DNA of 64,000 nt from Octopus vulgaris (Eukaryota): contig OX597823.1 in the NCBI GenBank assembly GCA_951406725.2, positions 109,430,001-109,494,000 on the forward strand. Direction: 5' to 3'. A model generated the notes under the pieces. That model did no database searches and had not been told where the DNA came from. It saw only the letters and a program-made list of their open reading frames with translations. A program made the translations under genes and the position numbers. The first letter of the stretch is position 1. Each line of letters begins with the position of its first letter. Positions 42,264 through 56,935 of this stretch are shown here, in pieces.

Positions 42264-42264
<1 letters not shown>
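41923..42264 (+). mobile_element. CR1-clade LINE 3' end in (TA)n
   Basis: [31 protein letters not shown]; near-identical to the reverse of 54516-54860. Confidence 0.9.
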
Positions 42265-42300
<36 letters not shown>

Positions 42301-42589
42301 TGTAAATGTAATATGTGACAATTATTCGGTAGCCATGATAAAACTCCGAGTTTCGAACGCTGAGGTGGAAATCCACGCCGTCATCTCTTCAGTTGTCCGG
42401 CCAGGGCATTTTTCCGCTGGCCGGATAACTGAAGTGATGGTGGCGTAGATTTCCACCTTAGCATCCGAAACTCGGAGTTTTATCATGGCTACCGAATAAT
42501 TGTTACATATTACATTTACAGATAAATTCCTCTATTTATATAATATCGAGAGGTCTCTTTCTTTCTTTTGTTGTCTCAACATTTTTTAT

Positions 42590-42591
<2 letters not shown>
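42301..42591. mobile_element. Palindromic insertion in (TA)n (104-bp arms, 12-nt loop), HHR-like motif in each arm
   Basis: 42301-42404 vs 42417-42520; GATAA-CTGAAG(A/T)-GATG..CATC-C-GAAA-CTCGGAG-TT-TTATC at 42424-42484 (+) and 42337-42397 (-). Confidence 0.8.
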
Positions 42592-42636
<45 letters not shown>

Positions 42637-42691
42637 TAAGTAGGTGAATGAATTATCCTATGTTTATCGTCAGCATAGAGAGGCTCCCTTT

Positions 42692-42773
42692 CTTTCCTGA
42701 TGAGAAGATTGCATAATGCACCCTTTATTCCTTTGGAATGAAAACATGCTGTCTTCGAAACATATGTCGAGAG
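42692..42773 (+). ncRNA. Canonical type I hammerhead ribozyme, predicted cleavage after C42768 (GUC), within (TA)n insert 42634-42823
   Basis: CTTTC-CTGATGA-GAAGAT.GCAT..ATGC.GTCTTC-GAAA-CATATG-TC-GAGAG; all core nucleotides and the G10.1-C11.1 pair intact. Confidence 0.85.
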
Positions 42774-43363
42774 TAAAGTAATTTTGTTAACATCTTCGTT
42801 CGACTCCATTCTTTCATTTATTCATATATATATATATATATATATATCTCCAAACCCAATCAACCGACGTTCACATAAACAAACAGCCGAAAATAAAGAC
42901 TCTTATATACAAGTTTAAACTCAGACACACTGATATAGACACATAAGACACAACGTTGATCTGATTACAACAGGATGAAGCTGCCGTATAGTTGACTTCA
43001 ACCAAACACAGGACGTAAAAACAACAGACCATAGTCACACCGCTTCTTTATAAATCTCCAACCTATACATTGACATACACCTGAATCAAACGTTAAGTAG
43101 ATCAGCAATCGAAACTGAGAGGTCAAAGTTTGGGCAGATTCTTGTAGATTTGTTAAAGTGGTTGCTCAAATTTAATAACGCTGCATTGTTACTTCCATTG
43201 TGGCACCAATCCAAAACTCTTTAACACTTGAAAAATCTTATCTTTATTTCTACTCACACCTCAACACCGTTTGTAAAAGGCTGTTTGCTATTTGTATGGG
43301 GGTTAGTTAATATGTATGTGTTTACGGAACTGTTTCATTTTAAACCAGCGTGTGAGCGCGTAC

Positions 43364-43433
<70 letters not shown>

Positions 43434-43443
43434 TGTAGAGAGA

Positions 43444-43485
<42 letters not shown>

Positions 43486-44639
43486 GAGACGGACAGAGAG
43501 ACAGAGAGATCAGTGTGTGTGTGTTTTATATATTTGTTTCAGACAGCTTCTCATTGTGAATATGTTTTTCTTCATCTTTTCATTACTCTTGCTCTCTCCA
43601 GTTTCCATTCAACCCAAAATTGAAGGAATGATTAATTTGGCTGAATTGGTAGATCGACTTGCCAGAAATAATAGGCAAATCTCGCTAACATCATTGTCAT
43701 GAAACAAAAGCCGGTAACATAGAACAGCGCTCACCTGGATAAATTTAGTTTAAAAAAAATATAGTGCTAATGTAATGGATGTAATACGTTTAAGCAAATA
43801 TTTATTATAGCAACAGAGTTCAAGCGATAACACGGATTTGTTACGTATTTCACGAAGAATATTAATGTCTACATAACACAGCTATATCTTGTAACACCGA
43901 ATTAAGTTAAGATGTCGTATTTTGTTGTACGTTACTGACTGTGTGTGTGTATGATGTGTGTCCGTTATTATTTAGTCCCAAGTGACTGAGTAAAGCTATA
44001 ATCAAAGGCGTTCCAATCATGGCCATCCAAGTTTTTAATCAGACACAGTGAATCGCATTATACTCCATTCTTCCCTTCAATAATATCTAAAGCTTAAGAG
44101 ATATACTGAACCCAACACTCATCAATTTGTGTTCTTTATCGGTCTATGTATGTGGTAAAGTCAATTGCTTCACTAAACCTATAACTAAATCCAACTTGAT
44201 CTTCATTAACTTGCATAATGTATGTATTTCCACATGCTCCTCCAGTATGGTAATGTTTTATAAATGATCTTTGTGATTCAAACGTGTGGTCACGGATATA
44301 TCTGGTTCTCTACCATGTCCACAAAAATGTAATCATTTTTGACCAGTCTCAAAAGTTTGCTTTCTTGCGATTAGCCATCCATAATTTATGCTTTGCAGGA
44401 TGGAGGATTGACGGAATCGATACACCATCGGAAGAATGTCGGAAAAATCGTTTCGGGTCTTCACGTTCTGAGATCAAATCCTTTTAGTCCTCTTTGCTTT
44501 TCATTCTCTCGAGTCGATAAAGTAATTACCAGTCATGTGACAGATCGATATCATTGACTGTCTGCTTCTAAAGATTCTGGTCTATGTCCCTCTACAAGGA
44601 GTTATTATTTACTCTTAGTGTACAATAAACACTAAATGC

Positions 44640-45090
44640 AAATCGTGGAATTGTGCGTTGTTCATCGAGCGTTTATGGGATCTGTTTTCATTTTTGCCAT
44701 CGTTCAGGCCTTATCACTGTAGAACAAAATTACTCAATACAATACTTTAAAAGATAAATTTCTAATTCTATCAGTGACTGAATGTTTCGAAAGTGAACTT
44801 AGCGAGTTGCTCCCCTTGTTATTTGTCATCCCTGTCTAAAATCGTTTCTGTCGTTTGCCATTTCACATGCAAAATAACAAAAACATGTGACTGTACGGAG
44901 TTGATCTGAGACTTTATTAATGAATGAGGGTTGAGGTCACCAACAAGGATTATTTTAGCTTTTCAGTTTTAGACACTCTTTTGCACACGTAATTTCAAAA
45001 TTGGTCTATTGATGTTATGATGGCAAAGTGTTATCTCTTAGAATACTAGCGTCATCAGCAAAGTCGAAAACAAAGTGTACTACAGCAAGA
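44640..45090 (-). pseudogene. Possible ancient RTE-like RT relic
   Basis: FDFADDASIL at ~45037-45069 resembles the RTE LDFADDxALL motif; surrounding frame has many stops. Confidence 0.3.
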
Positions 45091-45906
45091 AATCTACTAG
45101 ACACCCGTCTCCTGCTAAAGCAGCTATCTTCGCCTAGCAGAACTAAAGAACACCACACAATGCATACGATTATAAAAAGTGCTAGTGCCTCTCCCTGATG
45201 TTTACCCGAAATCCTTCATATCCATTATGTCGGCCGAAATTGTTCGAAATCAGACATTGATATTGGTGTACAAGAACACAATATCGTTAATGGATGGTAT
45301 TGATAATAGAAACTTGAAATTTCTTGCATTGCCGAACTGTTTAAGAATCGAAAACTTTTATGCGAGGCCCCTTTCGGTTGCAGTGGTGCAGGTGAGGCTA
45401 TTGTTTAACTCGGGTGTTGAACCATTACTTGTGTTGATTTTGTTGAACGGATCTCTACTGCGGTTCCTTCTGTTGATGCTGTTATTATTTTGGATGCTGT
45501 TGCTCTTGGCACTGATGCTGTAGGTGTTGTTATCGTTTGTGCTGCTGCTGTCGATTTTAATGCGGGTTTTGTTGTGTTTGAGGTGTCTACAGGGGTCGTA
45601 GTTTTCCTTTTCTTTGCATGGGGAAAAAGACTTTAAACGATTTGTCTCGCCTCACATGTTATCTTGGCTTTTTGTCGTCGACTGCTACGAATAGTCGTTT
45701 ACCATAAGGGAAGTTGATCAGGTCAGGGATGACTTTGATACCCTCCTAATCGGTGTGTATCAACTATTCCGTTCCCGTGCCTGACCAAATTTTCCTTCCT
45801 ATTTAGTAATATTGTTTTATTCTCTGTGTTGTATAATATGGCTGTCAACAACAAAGAAATAGCCGCTTCTGTTGGTACCTCTGTTATCTTTATTTTAACC
45901 ACCCGC

Positions 45907-46726
45907 CAGCCGAAGTATGTTGTAGTTAGCCACAGTACTTCACTTTTTAGGTTTGTTGCTACACTTTTTTTTCTTCGGTTGGCATTCTCACTTCAACTGT
46001 GCGAAAGCACATCCCGCAGGCGACACAAGTTTTTATCTCACAAACTGGTGTTATACAGTTTTTGATCTGTTCCTCTGTCGCTCGCTCCAGGCTCCACTGT
46101 TCTTTGTTGAGACACGTTTGTAGATAATGATTTTTGTTTTTTCGAATCTTTTCGTATTTCCTCTGGCATATTTAAAAATACTTTCAGTCATTCTTTGATA
46201 ATTGCGCTTTAGCGTCACTTAACGTTCTCCAGTCGATAACACGATTGTACGAAACCGTTCCCATTTTGTTTGGAAATATGAACGACTACCGTTTACATTG
46301 TATTGGTGTTTGTGTTAGTGGTGGTGGTCATAGTGGATTTCCTGTTGGCACTGGTGGTAGTGGTGGGGTTGCTGTTTGCATTATCTCCGTTGTTCCCCCT
46401 CCCCCGAATGCTTCACGTCGTGATAGTGGTGATGGTGATGTTGCTGTTGCTGGTTTTACCTGTGATACCTCCAGCTCCTAGTAATCCGGCGATGTTCAGG
46501 TTTTTGTTGTTGCTGTTGCTGCTGCCTATACCGCTGCCGACGCTCTATCCTGTCAGCTCACTCTCATTTAGTGGAACGAGGGGAAAATGAGAAAGATAGT
46601 CCCAGGCCATAGGAGAGCTGCGGGATGTGCTTTCGCACAGTTGAAGTGAGAATTCCAACCGAAGAAAAGTGTAACAACAAACCTAAAAAGTGAAGAACTG
46701 TGGCTAATTACAACATACTTCGGCTG
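45907..46726. repeat. ~110-bp inverted repeat around a 598-bp spacer
   Basis: 45907-46019 vs 46618-46726, high identity. Confidence 0.9.
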
Positions 46727-47537
46727 TTGATGACGTCATCTTACATATGTATCTTGTTTTGTATATTGTTAAATACTAAACATGCGTTTTATTGTTTCTT
46801 TTTGTAGTGGGAGAAAGCAAAATATTGCCCTTCACGGGATAAAATATCCACAATGCACCAGTCAAAAAATTCGTGGTGCTCTTAATAATAAATTATAACA
46901 AAGACTATACACAGAAAACAAGACGAAACGTGGGAAGCAATGACTTTGAACGAGACTTACGCAGCGTGTTCCAAAATACGTTTGATGTATTCCGCAGCAA
47001 ATATGCTGCTGCTGCTGATGATGACGACGACTACGATGACGATGGAGATTATCATGATGACCATGATGACGACGACGACGACGACTATGGTGCTTTTTTT
47101 TATTTCTTTTAAATACATTTATAATAACAACATTTAAATATAAATTGTAAATATAATATGGACAAGAAAAAAAAAATTCTCTTTCGATATCCGAGTGGCA
47201 GACACGTTTTTGGCATGTAAATTTGACCGGAAATTGGCAGCTAATTAAGACATAGTGAAATGTCGTCAGGAGACAAGAAGACGCATATTCACGTTACTTT
47301 TGTTTCATTCCACTTTACGAAGAGTTCATAAAGAGAGACATGAATATATATTCAAGATTTTAACTATAATTGAGTATTATGGTCGAATCTATTTACACGC
47401 ATAACCTTAGCACAAGCATTATATAAACATATATTCATACACGTACACACACGTACCAACACACAGAGACTCACAGACACGCAACCACACACAAGCACAC
47501 ACACGCAGACACATATATGTATACAGAGTGTGCATGC

Positions 47538-47579
<42 letters not shown>

Positions 47580-47971
47580 TTGCCTTACTAAGACTAACGA
47601 GGCCACCGGGCAAAACTTTGGGGGTCACTTCCAAATTTGTTGTAAAAAAAATAAATGTATTACTTTACTTAGATGTTCTGAGTGATCCGTCCATTTATGT
47701 GTACGTGTGTGAGTGTGCGTGTGTGTGCGCGTGTGTGTGTGCGCGTGTGTGTGTGCGTTTGTATGTGCGTGTGTATGTGTGTCTATGTATACATATGTAT
47801 AAATACAAAATTATACATGCATGTACGTGTCTGTATGTCTGTCTGTCTGTCTGTCTCTCTATATATATATATGTACATATATATACATATATATACATAT
47901 ACATATATATATATACATACATTTACATACATTTACTTATGTTTATACACATATATATATATGTATATATA

Positions 47972-48036
<65 letters not shown>

Positions 48037-49041
48037 GCTTGTATATGTGCATATGTGAGTGTTTGTATACGTACATAGAAACGTACCTCCATGTGTGTAT
48101 ATACGTATACATGCATTCACACACGCACACACACATATCCATCTTTTTTTCTCCTCTTTCTTCTTCTTTATTCTCCACCCCTTCTACCCCCGCCCCCTGT
48201 ATAGTTTTTCTTCCTATTTTGTTAATTCGTCTCTTCATCCGCCTCAACTTCCTTCCGCCTTACAAAAACGCCGAACCCACCCTCACGCTCTCCCTCTTAC
48301 TTCACCTCTCACATATATCTCTCTCCTCTCACTATTTCTTTTATCCTCCGTCTGTGTCACAGCATCCCCCCCCCAACAACAACTCCTAATATGCTCTCCC
48401 CCTCTCTCTCTCTCTCTTTCTCACCCCTCTTCCTCATATTTGTCAAAATTTCTGTACCTCTCAGTCTCCTTTCTCTCCACCTCAGTTTTTAAGTCTGCAT
48501 GCACGGCACTACCTCTCTTATATTAGTCAGCTTCTCATCCTTTTCTCTCTCTCCTTTTTGTCTCAATCTCTCTTCTTGGTCACTTCATCTCTGCTTATCA
48601 CTCTCACTCTTGTTTGCCTCTCTCTCCTCTATCTGTCCTTCTCTTTCAACTGTCACTCATACCACTTTTCTTTCCGTCTCTATCCCTTCGCATCCTCGCC
48701 CCCAACAACTCACTTCTCCCATGACAAGTGATCTCAATTAGATCCATTAAAACGCGATTAAAGCTCTAACAAAATACACAAATTAAAATAAATGAAATAT
48801 AGAAAAATAAAATCACAATAACAAACACAAGAAAATAAAAACACAAGTTTAAACAATTCAATTTTTTATACATTTAAAGAGACACGAGCGAGTTGGTAGC
48901 TGAAGAGGTGTGAGTTCTAACAGAGGTGTGGTAGCGAAAAAAACAACAACAACAAAGAACAACCGTTTAAGGAACTGTTATGCATAATTCGTTTCACAGG
49001 GCGCACATGTTCCCAAGTAAATGTAAGATAGACTCCATCTA

Positions 49042-49057
49042 ACAACAGGGGGCGCTA
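49042..49057 (+). promoter_or_regulatory. CTCF-like motif
   Basis: ACAACAGGGGGCGCTA resembles CCASYAGRKGGCRS, in unique AT-rich DNA. Confidence 0.3.
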
Positions 49058-49556
49058 ACTGTCGTAGCGCACTAGGTTGCTTTTCTTTCATAAATGTTTA
49101 AAACACCATACTTTATTATTTTTATTGTTGCTGTTGTTATTATTAAAATGTTTGATGGAATAGTTGATGCAGTCACGATGGTGTTTGTTTTTGTTTTTGT
49201 TGTGGTAGTTGTTGTTGCTGCTGCTGTCTGTTCTCATTTTAGCTATTGGATTTTGTGATTTTTGTTGAATTTGCCTTTCTTTCTTGAAAGAACAAATCGT
49301 GTCATTTGTTTTGTCTTTAATTTTCATTAAAAATTCGTACGTGTTGTTTCATGTGCCTTTGTTGAATCAATGTGAACCATTTCGTCTGTCGGCTTGTGTG
49401 CATACGTACACAATCAAACTCGATGACAGACATACGTACATACATATGCACATATATGGAGACAGATTGTTATGCACTCAAAAAATTAAAATAAACTCAA
49501 CATGTAAACATTTTGGCATATATACGTATGCAAGCATGTATGTATGTCTAAATATA

Positions 49557-49603
<47 letters not shown>

Positions 49604-49620
49604 GTATGTATGTATATGTA

Positions 49621-49678
<58 letters not shown>

Positions 49679-50490
49679 CAAAACGCCCCGCCATCCAATG
49701 GACGGTGCTGAGTTGTCAAACATTTAAACCAAATTTTCTCGAGACCTCTTGTCCGACCGTCTCATAGACCTCCCCCTGAGAAACACTGATTTAACCTAAA
49801 TTTGAAACTCCAGCGAAAGAAGAAATAAAGATACACTTTTTTCTATTCGAAGTAAAATGATTTTACAAATGCACGTTCCCACGGCTTTATCGATCGCATT
49901 CTCACCGGGAATCGATTTTTTAAATTTGTTTCAAGACTTATACACGCCCTGATACCGTCGGTATCTACATATCAAATTTGAGCGCATATCAAACTTTAGC
50001 CACAACAGCGACATAATGGTATAAAGAAAATCGAACACACATATCCACAAGATATGTGTGTTGTTAGTTCTTAGGTCCGCCGCTGTTTTTAGGCGTAAGA
50101 GTTTCTTCTGTTGCATGAAACGTTGGGACAGGCGAACAAATGGTGTTTAAACCATTTAGTATATCGTTATAGTCGGTAATATGGCTTGAAGCAAGCTTGA
50201 AGCCATATCGCCGTTTGTAAGCGACATTGATAACTGATAGCAATAACGGAGCATCGATGTCTGCCGCTCCGACAAGGGACTTACGTAAGTTGTCTCGCTT
50301 GACTATGTCTTACTTTCAGGTGCTTTTTTACATCTGGTGCATAGAGAATATATTCACTTACGTCTAAAACCCGTAGCCGCCCTACTAACCAACAACACAC
50401 AAAGCTTGTGTATGTGTATTCGATTTTATTTATATACCATGAGCTGCTTCTAATTCATATTTGAATATACATACATATATATATATATAT

Positions 50491-50800
50491 AATAAAATAC
50501 AAAATAGGACAAGAACGTAAAACATCCAAACAACTAAGTGATACAAAAGAGGACAACAAAACATCCAGATAGACGATACAAAAAAAAACAAAAAAAATCA
50601 CAAAAAAAAATTCGAAGCCTTTTATCTTCACTCAAGAACCGGATCATCCTCGCAATTTCGGCTGATTAATCTTGAGATTGCTCCAATCTGGCCTGCAGCC
50701 GAAATTGTGAGGATGATCCGGTTTTTGACTGAAGATAAAAGGCTTCGGATCACCCTCCATTTTTTTTTGTATCGTCTATCTGGATTTTTTTTTTGTCCAT
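50491..50800. mobile_element. Family P1 head-to-head palindromic insertion
   Basis: 50613-50664 vs 50696-50747 inverted, extending to GATAGACGATACAAA/TTTGTATCGTCTATC. Confidence 0.8.
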
Positions 50801-50817
50801 TACATTTTTAAATAATT

Positions 50818-51712
<895 letters not shown>

Positions 51713-51720
51713 CATATATA

Positions 51721-51885
51721 ACGGGAAGGTTTGCGAAAATAAACAAAAGACGAAGGCAGGTGGAGTACAAACAAATGTATTAGTATGGCGCTCAGGAATA
51801 GAAATAGAAAAATTATTTTACGTTTCGAGCCTACGCTCTTCGACAGAAAGATACACAGAAAAGAAACAGGATGAGAAAAAAATGC
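51721..51885 (-). mobile_element. (TA)n-embedded element with variant HHR-like motif (51816-51852)
   Basis: Minus strand: TTT-CTGTCGA-A-GAGC-GTAG-GCTC-GAAA-CG-TA-AAA. Confidence 0.6.
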
Positions 51886-52689
51886 ATATATATATATATA
51901 TATATTATACAAGTAGGCGAAACTCATATACAGTATTCGGAGTACACATACCAGTGTTCAACAGCTATTATGTGAAGCCATAACAAGGAAACATCTGGTG
52001 CTACCCCATACATCACACTACATTTTAAGCGTTCAAGGGAAGCAACTTCATAAAATCAAAAACGTATGTCTAAAATTAAAATATTAAATGGAATTAAGAT
52101 ATTACCAATGTAAATGTAAGTAATTTATGTAAAATAAAATGAAATGAATTGTTAACTGCTGGACTCGTGAAAAGTTCACGAGAAACATAAAAACGTAAGC
52201 AACTGTAAACAGTGTACTGGTGTCATGAGAAATGTTTGTATATTATGACCGTCTGCTTTTACGTTCTGAGTTCACATTTTGCCGAGATCAACCTTGCCTT
52301 TCGTCCTTTCGGGGTCGATAAATTATGTATCAGTTGTGTACTGAGGTCGATCTAATCCTCTGACCTTCCCGCCACAAAAAATTCAGGCCTAGTAAAGTAT
52401 ATTGTGACAGTTAAGGAATATAGAAAGTAATGTAACACCAATGATTATATAATCCAATCAAAATATCTCAGTTACATAAACGTAAACGGAATTACTATTT
52501 AACCTTAAAATACATCGTACATGTTTAAAGAAATTTAATGTACAAATTGAAATGCAACAGAACAAAATAAAAAAATGGATTCATGAACGAAAGTTTGGTA
52601 ATTGCGTTTATTTCCATCACGCGACACTTATTATTGCAAACATGTTTTTAACTAGCCTAAATTATACACACACACACACAAATACATTC

Positions 52690-52745
<56 letters not shown>

Positions 52746-54171
52746 ATGTATGTCTCTAGTTGTAGTTGTAATTCAAAGGGACCAGCCTTGTAATATTCTG
52801 TGTGAGGCCGAATTTCCCTGAGAACTATGTTAATGTTATGCATGTTTATGGCGTACTCACCCGTTTGTGAATTAATTTAATCCTCGTGTGGTAATGAAAA
52901 GTGAAATTGACATCCAATATTAGTTGTGTGTATGTAACTATGTATGAACTTTTCTTTGAATTTATGTATCTACTGTCTCTCTCACTCTCTCTCTTTATCT
53001 CTCAGTTTTTCTCTCTCTCTCTCTCTCACTCTCTTTCCCTCTTACATCTTCTCCGAAACATTTAAAGATACAAAACGAACGCTGTCACCACTCACAGTCG
53101 CTTTCCCTCCCTCTCTTTCCCTCTCACTTTCTCGCTTTCTCTCACTCTCCCTTTCTGTCTCACTCTCTCTCATTCTCTCTCGCTCTCTTACTTCCTCTTT
53201 ATCCTCCTGTCTCTCCCTTTGCCACTTCTTTGAAATAAGTGTGACATACATAACAGGTACGTGGGAAAAACAAGGAATTAGCGCATTGATATCATTGATA
53301 GTATGATATGACATGAAGCAATATCATAAGAAATAAAATAAAATATAACATTCAGATCAAATACAATATAAAATAGGTAGTGTTGTATGGGCTGCAGAGG
53401 ATAGGAACGTGTATATGTGCACACTCACATTCCTATTTCAATGGCGGTGGCAATTAATATTTCATCGTAACTCATGTTGTTTCTCGTCATATATTCACTA
53501 TTTTTTTCCTTTTAAGGCTAGTACATATACTTCCGGTCTGTCTTACCGAATTGTTAAATTAGGAGTAAGTAAACACACCAGCACGCATACAAAGAAGCAC
53601 ACACACAAATATACACAGACGATGGACATCTTTCAGTTTCCGTTTACCAGATCCACTCTCAAGGCTTTGGTCGGCCCGAAGCTATATGAGTAGACGCTTG
53701 CTCAAAGTGTCACGCAGCGGACTGAACCCAGAACCACATGGCTGGGAAGCAAGATTGATATCACGGAATCTCTCCACTACCTACACAAAATATTGAACAG
53801 ACTTAATCGATTTTTGAATATTATTGGAATCTCAAGAAAAGTATCAACACACACGCACGGGCACGGGTAGACACACATACACACACACACACACATACAC
53901 ACACATACACACAAACACACAAACACACACATGCACATACACACACATATGTATCAATAATAGTAAAGCGTATGGAGACTTGTAAACACACAAAATTCAT
54001 TTTATAGTTATATACAGCATATTATAATGACTTACAAGTGTTTCCACTGCTGCGACTACCCACTGTCCTAATTGCAACCATACAATATTGTCGGTCAAGG
54101 TTCATCAGGGTTTGTCTATTTGGTTACCTTCGAGGATGACCAAATTTGTGGATGTGCAACTTTCCATACAT

Positions 54172-54310
54172 TTGTGTGGCGAGAAGCTTGCTTCCCAACC
54201 AAATGGTTCCGGGTTCAGTCCCACTGTGTGACACCTTTGGCAGGTGTCTTCTACTATAGCCTCGGGCCAACCAAATCTGGCAGACAGAAACTGAAAGAGG
54301 CCCGTCATAT
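54172..54310 (+). mobile_element. SINE family A 5' part (diagnostic variant)
   Basis: Shares a deletion and substitutions with 56803-56935. Confidence 0.85.
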
Positions 54311-54320
54311 ATATACATAC

Positions 54321-54405
<85 letters not shown>

Positions 54406-54435
54406 CATACATATATGTATATATATATTTATAAA

Positions 54436-54515
<80 letters not shown>

Positions 54516-56790
54516 TTTTCGTTTTTCTTGTTTCATCTCAGAGCTGCGGGCATGCTGATGCACCGCCGTTTTGTGCTACACTGTTATTACGACGAACCTC
54601 GTCTAATATGTGGCACTTGGTGAAGAATGGAGTTTGATATAGCTACTCTCATCTGCGCCTCTTGCCGTGAGGTAGGTTCATCTGGGACTCTTGACAGGAA
54701 GATGTCCAGCTTTGATTTAAAAACCGCTACATCTACTTTGTGCAAGTTTCTCAGACTCTTTGGGAGAATATTAAAATGCTGTGGGCCCTTGAAACCCAGG
54801 CTTTTGCAGAAGCTAGTCCTGAAGCGTGATGGCATTGCTGGGATCTTTGGCACTATGCAGTGTCGTCCCGTTCTAGCATTGGTTTAGCTTACAATGCCAA
54901 AATTTGGCACAATTCCTTCCAGGATCTTCCAGACATATATTACTGCATACTTCTCCCGTCTTCTCTCCATGGAGTAGAGTCTTAGCTGTTTCAACCATTC
55001 ACGGTAGCTGAGCTGTTGCAAAGAGACGATCTTCTTTGTGAATCTTCTCTGCTGTGAGCAGTAATCCAGGCGGCTGAGGACGAATGTCTGCCAGAGGACC
55101 ATCATGGTTTCCTTATCTCTGGTTCTGAATGTTCATAGGATCCACCCAACCAGTCGTCTGCACTTTGTCGCCATCCTGGTAATGTGCACTTGGAAAGAGG
55201 TATCATCACTCATGTCGATACCCAGGTCCCTCACAGACTTAGGCTCTGGGATTGAAATTCCCTGTGGACCGGTGTATCCTGTAAGTTTAATATTCAGTTT
55301 TGGATGCTGGTAGCGCAGAACCTGGAGTTTTTCAGCATTAAACTGCATATTATCATCCTCAGCCCATCTGTAGATTGAGTCCAACTCCTGCTGCAGGTGT
55401 GCAACATCGCTGGGGTTCTGTATTTTCTGCGATACTTTCGTATCGTCTGCATAGCTTGCCAGAGTGGCTATCCGGGCATTTGAGGGCATATCTGAGAGGA
55501 CCACTATAAAAAGCAGTGGTCCCAAGACAGTGCCCTGTGGAACACCGCTCACTATTTGTGTGTTCATAGAGGTGGCTCCATTAACCACTACTGCCTGACT
55601 CCTATCTTTCAGGAAGTCATGTAACCACACTCCAAGTTTTCCAGCTATGCCGAGGTCACGCAGTTTGTGGCATATCATACCATGATCTATGTTGTCAAAA
55701 GCTTTTGCAAAATCAAGGTAGATTACGTCCACATTTGATTTGTTGAGCAACTGCCTCAACACCCAGTCATAATGTTGTAAGAGCTGGTTCAGGCAGCTCC
55801 TACCTTGTCGAAAACCATGCTGGGCATCACTCAGCAAGTTATTTTCCTCAAGGAATGCGATTAGTTTCTTTCTGACTATCCGTTCCATGACTTTGCTGAT
55901 GTGTGAAGTCAGAGAGATAGGCCTATAGTTTTTGGCATTTGCTCCACTTCCCCCTTTATGTATTGGGCATATTATTCCCTCTTTCAGCTTGCTTGGTAGT
56001 TTGCCATTTGTAACAAAGCTCTGGAAGAGAATCTTGAGGGTTTTGCCAGGTCATGCTTACACACTTTGAGGAGGATTGCTGGGAAACCATCTGGACCAGC
56101 TGTTGAGTTTGTTTCCACTTCATCTATGTTTAGTAGGACATCTTCGCTAATGTCAATACATTCTATTATAACCACCTCGCTTGTTATAGGTGAGGCGGCA
56201 AAGAAGTCCACTGGTTCGTTCACTTGTCTGTGTTCCAACGGGGTGGTAAAGACATTTTTGAACTGGTCATTCAGCATCTCACTGATCATAGTTGGACTGT
56301 CTGTGAGGGAGCCTTCTTTTTGGAGGAGGGGTCCTATCTTGTAGTGTACTGAGACTGTTTCTTTCACGTAATGAAAGAAGGCTTTGGGTTTGATTAAATG
56401 TTTTTTATAACCCAGGCTTCTTTGTCTGCTTTCTCCCTCACATAGGATTGTTGCAGCCTTTTTTCGATCTCCATCAGTGTTGTTTTTAGGCGGGACTTTT
56501 CGCTATTTTTGGGATGTTGGTTGAAACGATTTGCAACCTTCGTCCGTCGTCTCATGAGGATCTTCCTGTCTCTTGGAATCTTGCACCTATTTGTTTTGGC
56601 CTTGTGCTTTGGGACATATTTCAAGCATACGGCTTACACAGAAGACATGAAACATTCTGTTTCATGTCAATGTCTGGTGTGGAGAGATATTCCGGTCAGT
56701 TCTCTCTGAGGATCTCTTTTTGGATCGATTTCCAATCTGCTTTGTGGAAGTTCAGATTGGAGAAATTTCGGGTGCTTCCTTTAGGATGTA
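54516..56790 (-). mobile_element. 5'-truncated CR1-clade LINE (ORF2 remnant plus 3' tail)
   Basis: GPDG, NYRPISLTSHISKVMER, QHGFRQGRSC, YLDFAKAFD, GVPQGTVLGP, YADDT, RDLGI; frameshifts; no endonuclease domain. Confidence 0.95.
55133..55940 (-). pseudogene. CR1-type reverse transcriptase domain (disrupted ORF2)
   Basis: 251-aa ORF with all RT core motifs; frame breaks on both sides. Confidence 0.9.
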
Positions 56791-56802
56791 TGTCTCTGTA
56801 TG

Positions 56803-56935
56803 TATGGTAAGAAGCTTGCTTCCCAACCAAATGGTTTCGGGTTCAGTCCCACTGCGTGACACCTTTGGCAGGTGTCTTCTATAGCCTCGGGCCAACCAAA
56901 TGTGGCAGACAGAAACTGAAAGAGACCCGTCATAT
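56803..56935 (+). mobile_element. SINE family A 5' part (diagnostic variant)
   Basis: Direct repeat of 54172-54310. Confidence 0.85.
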
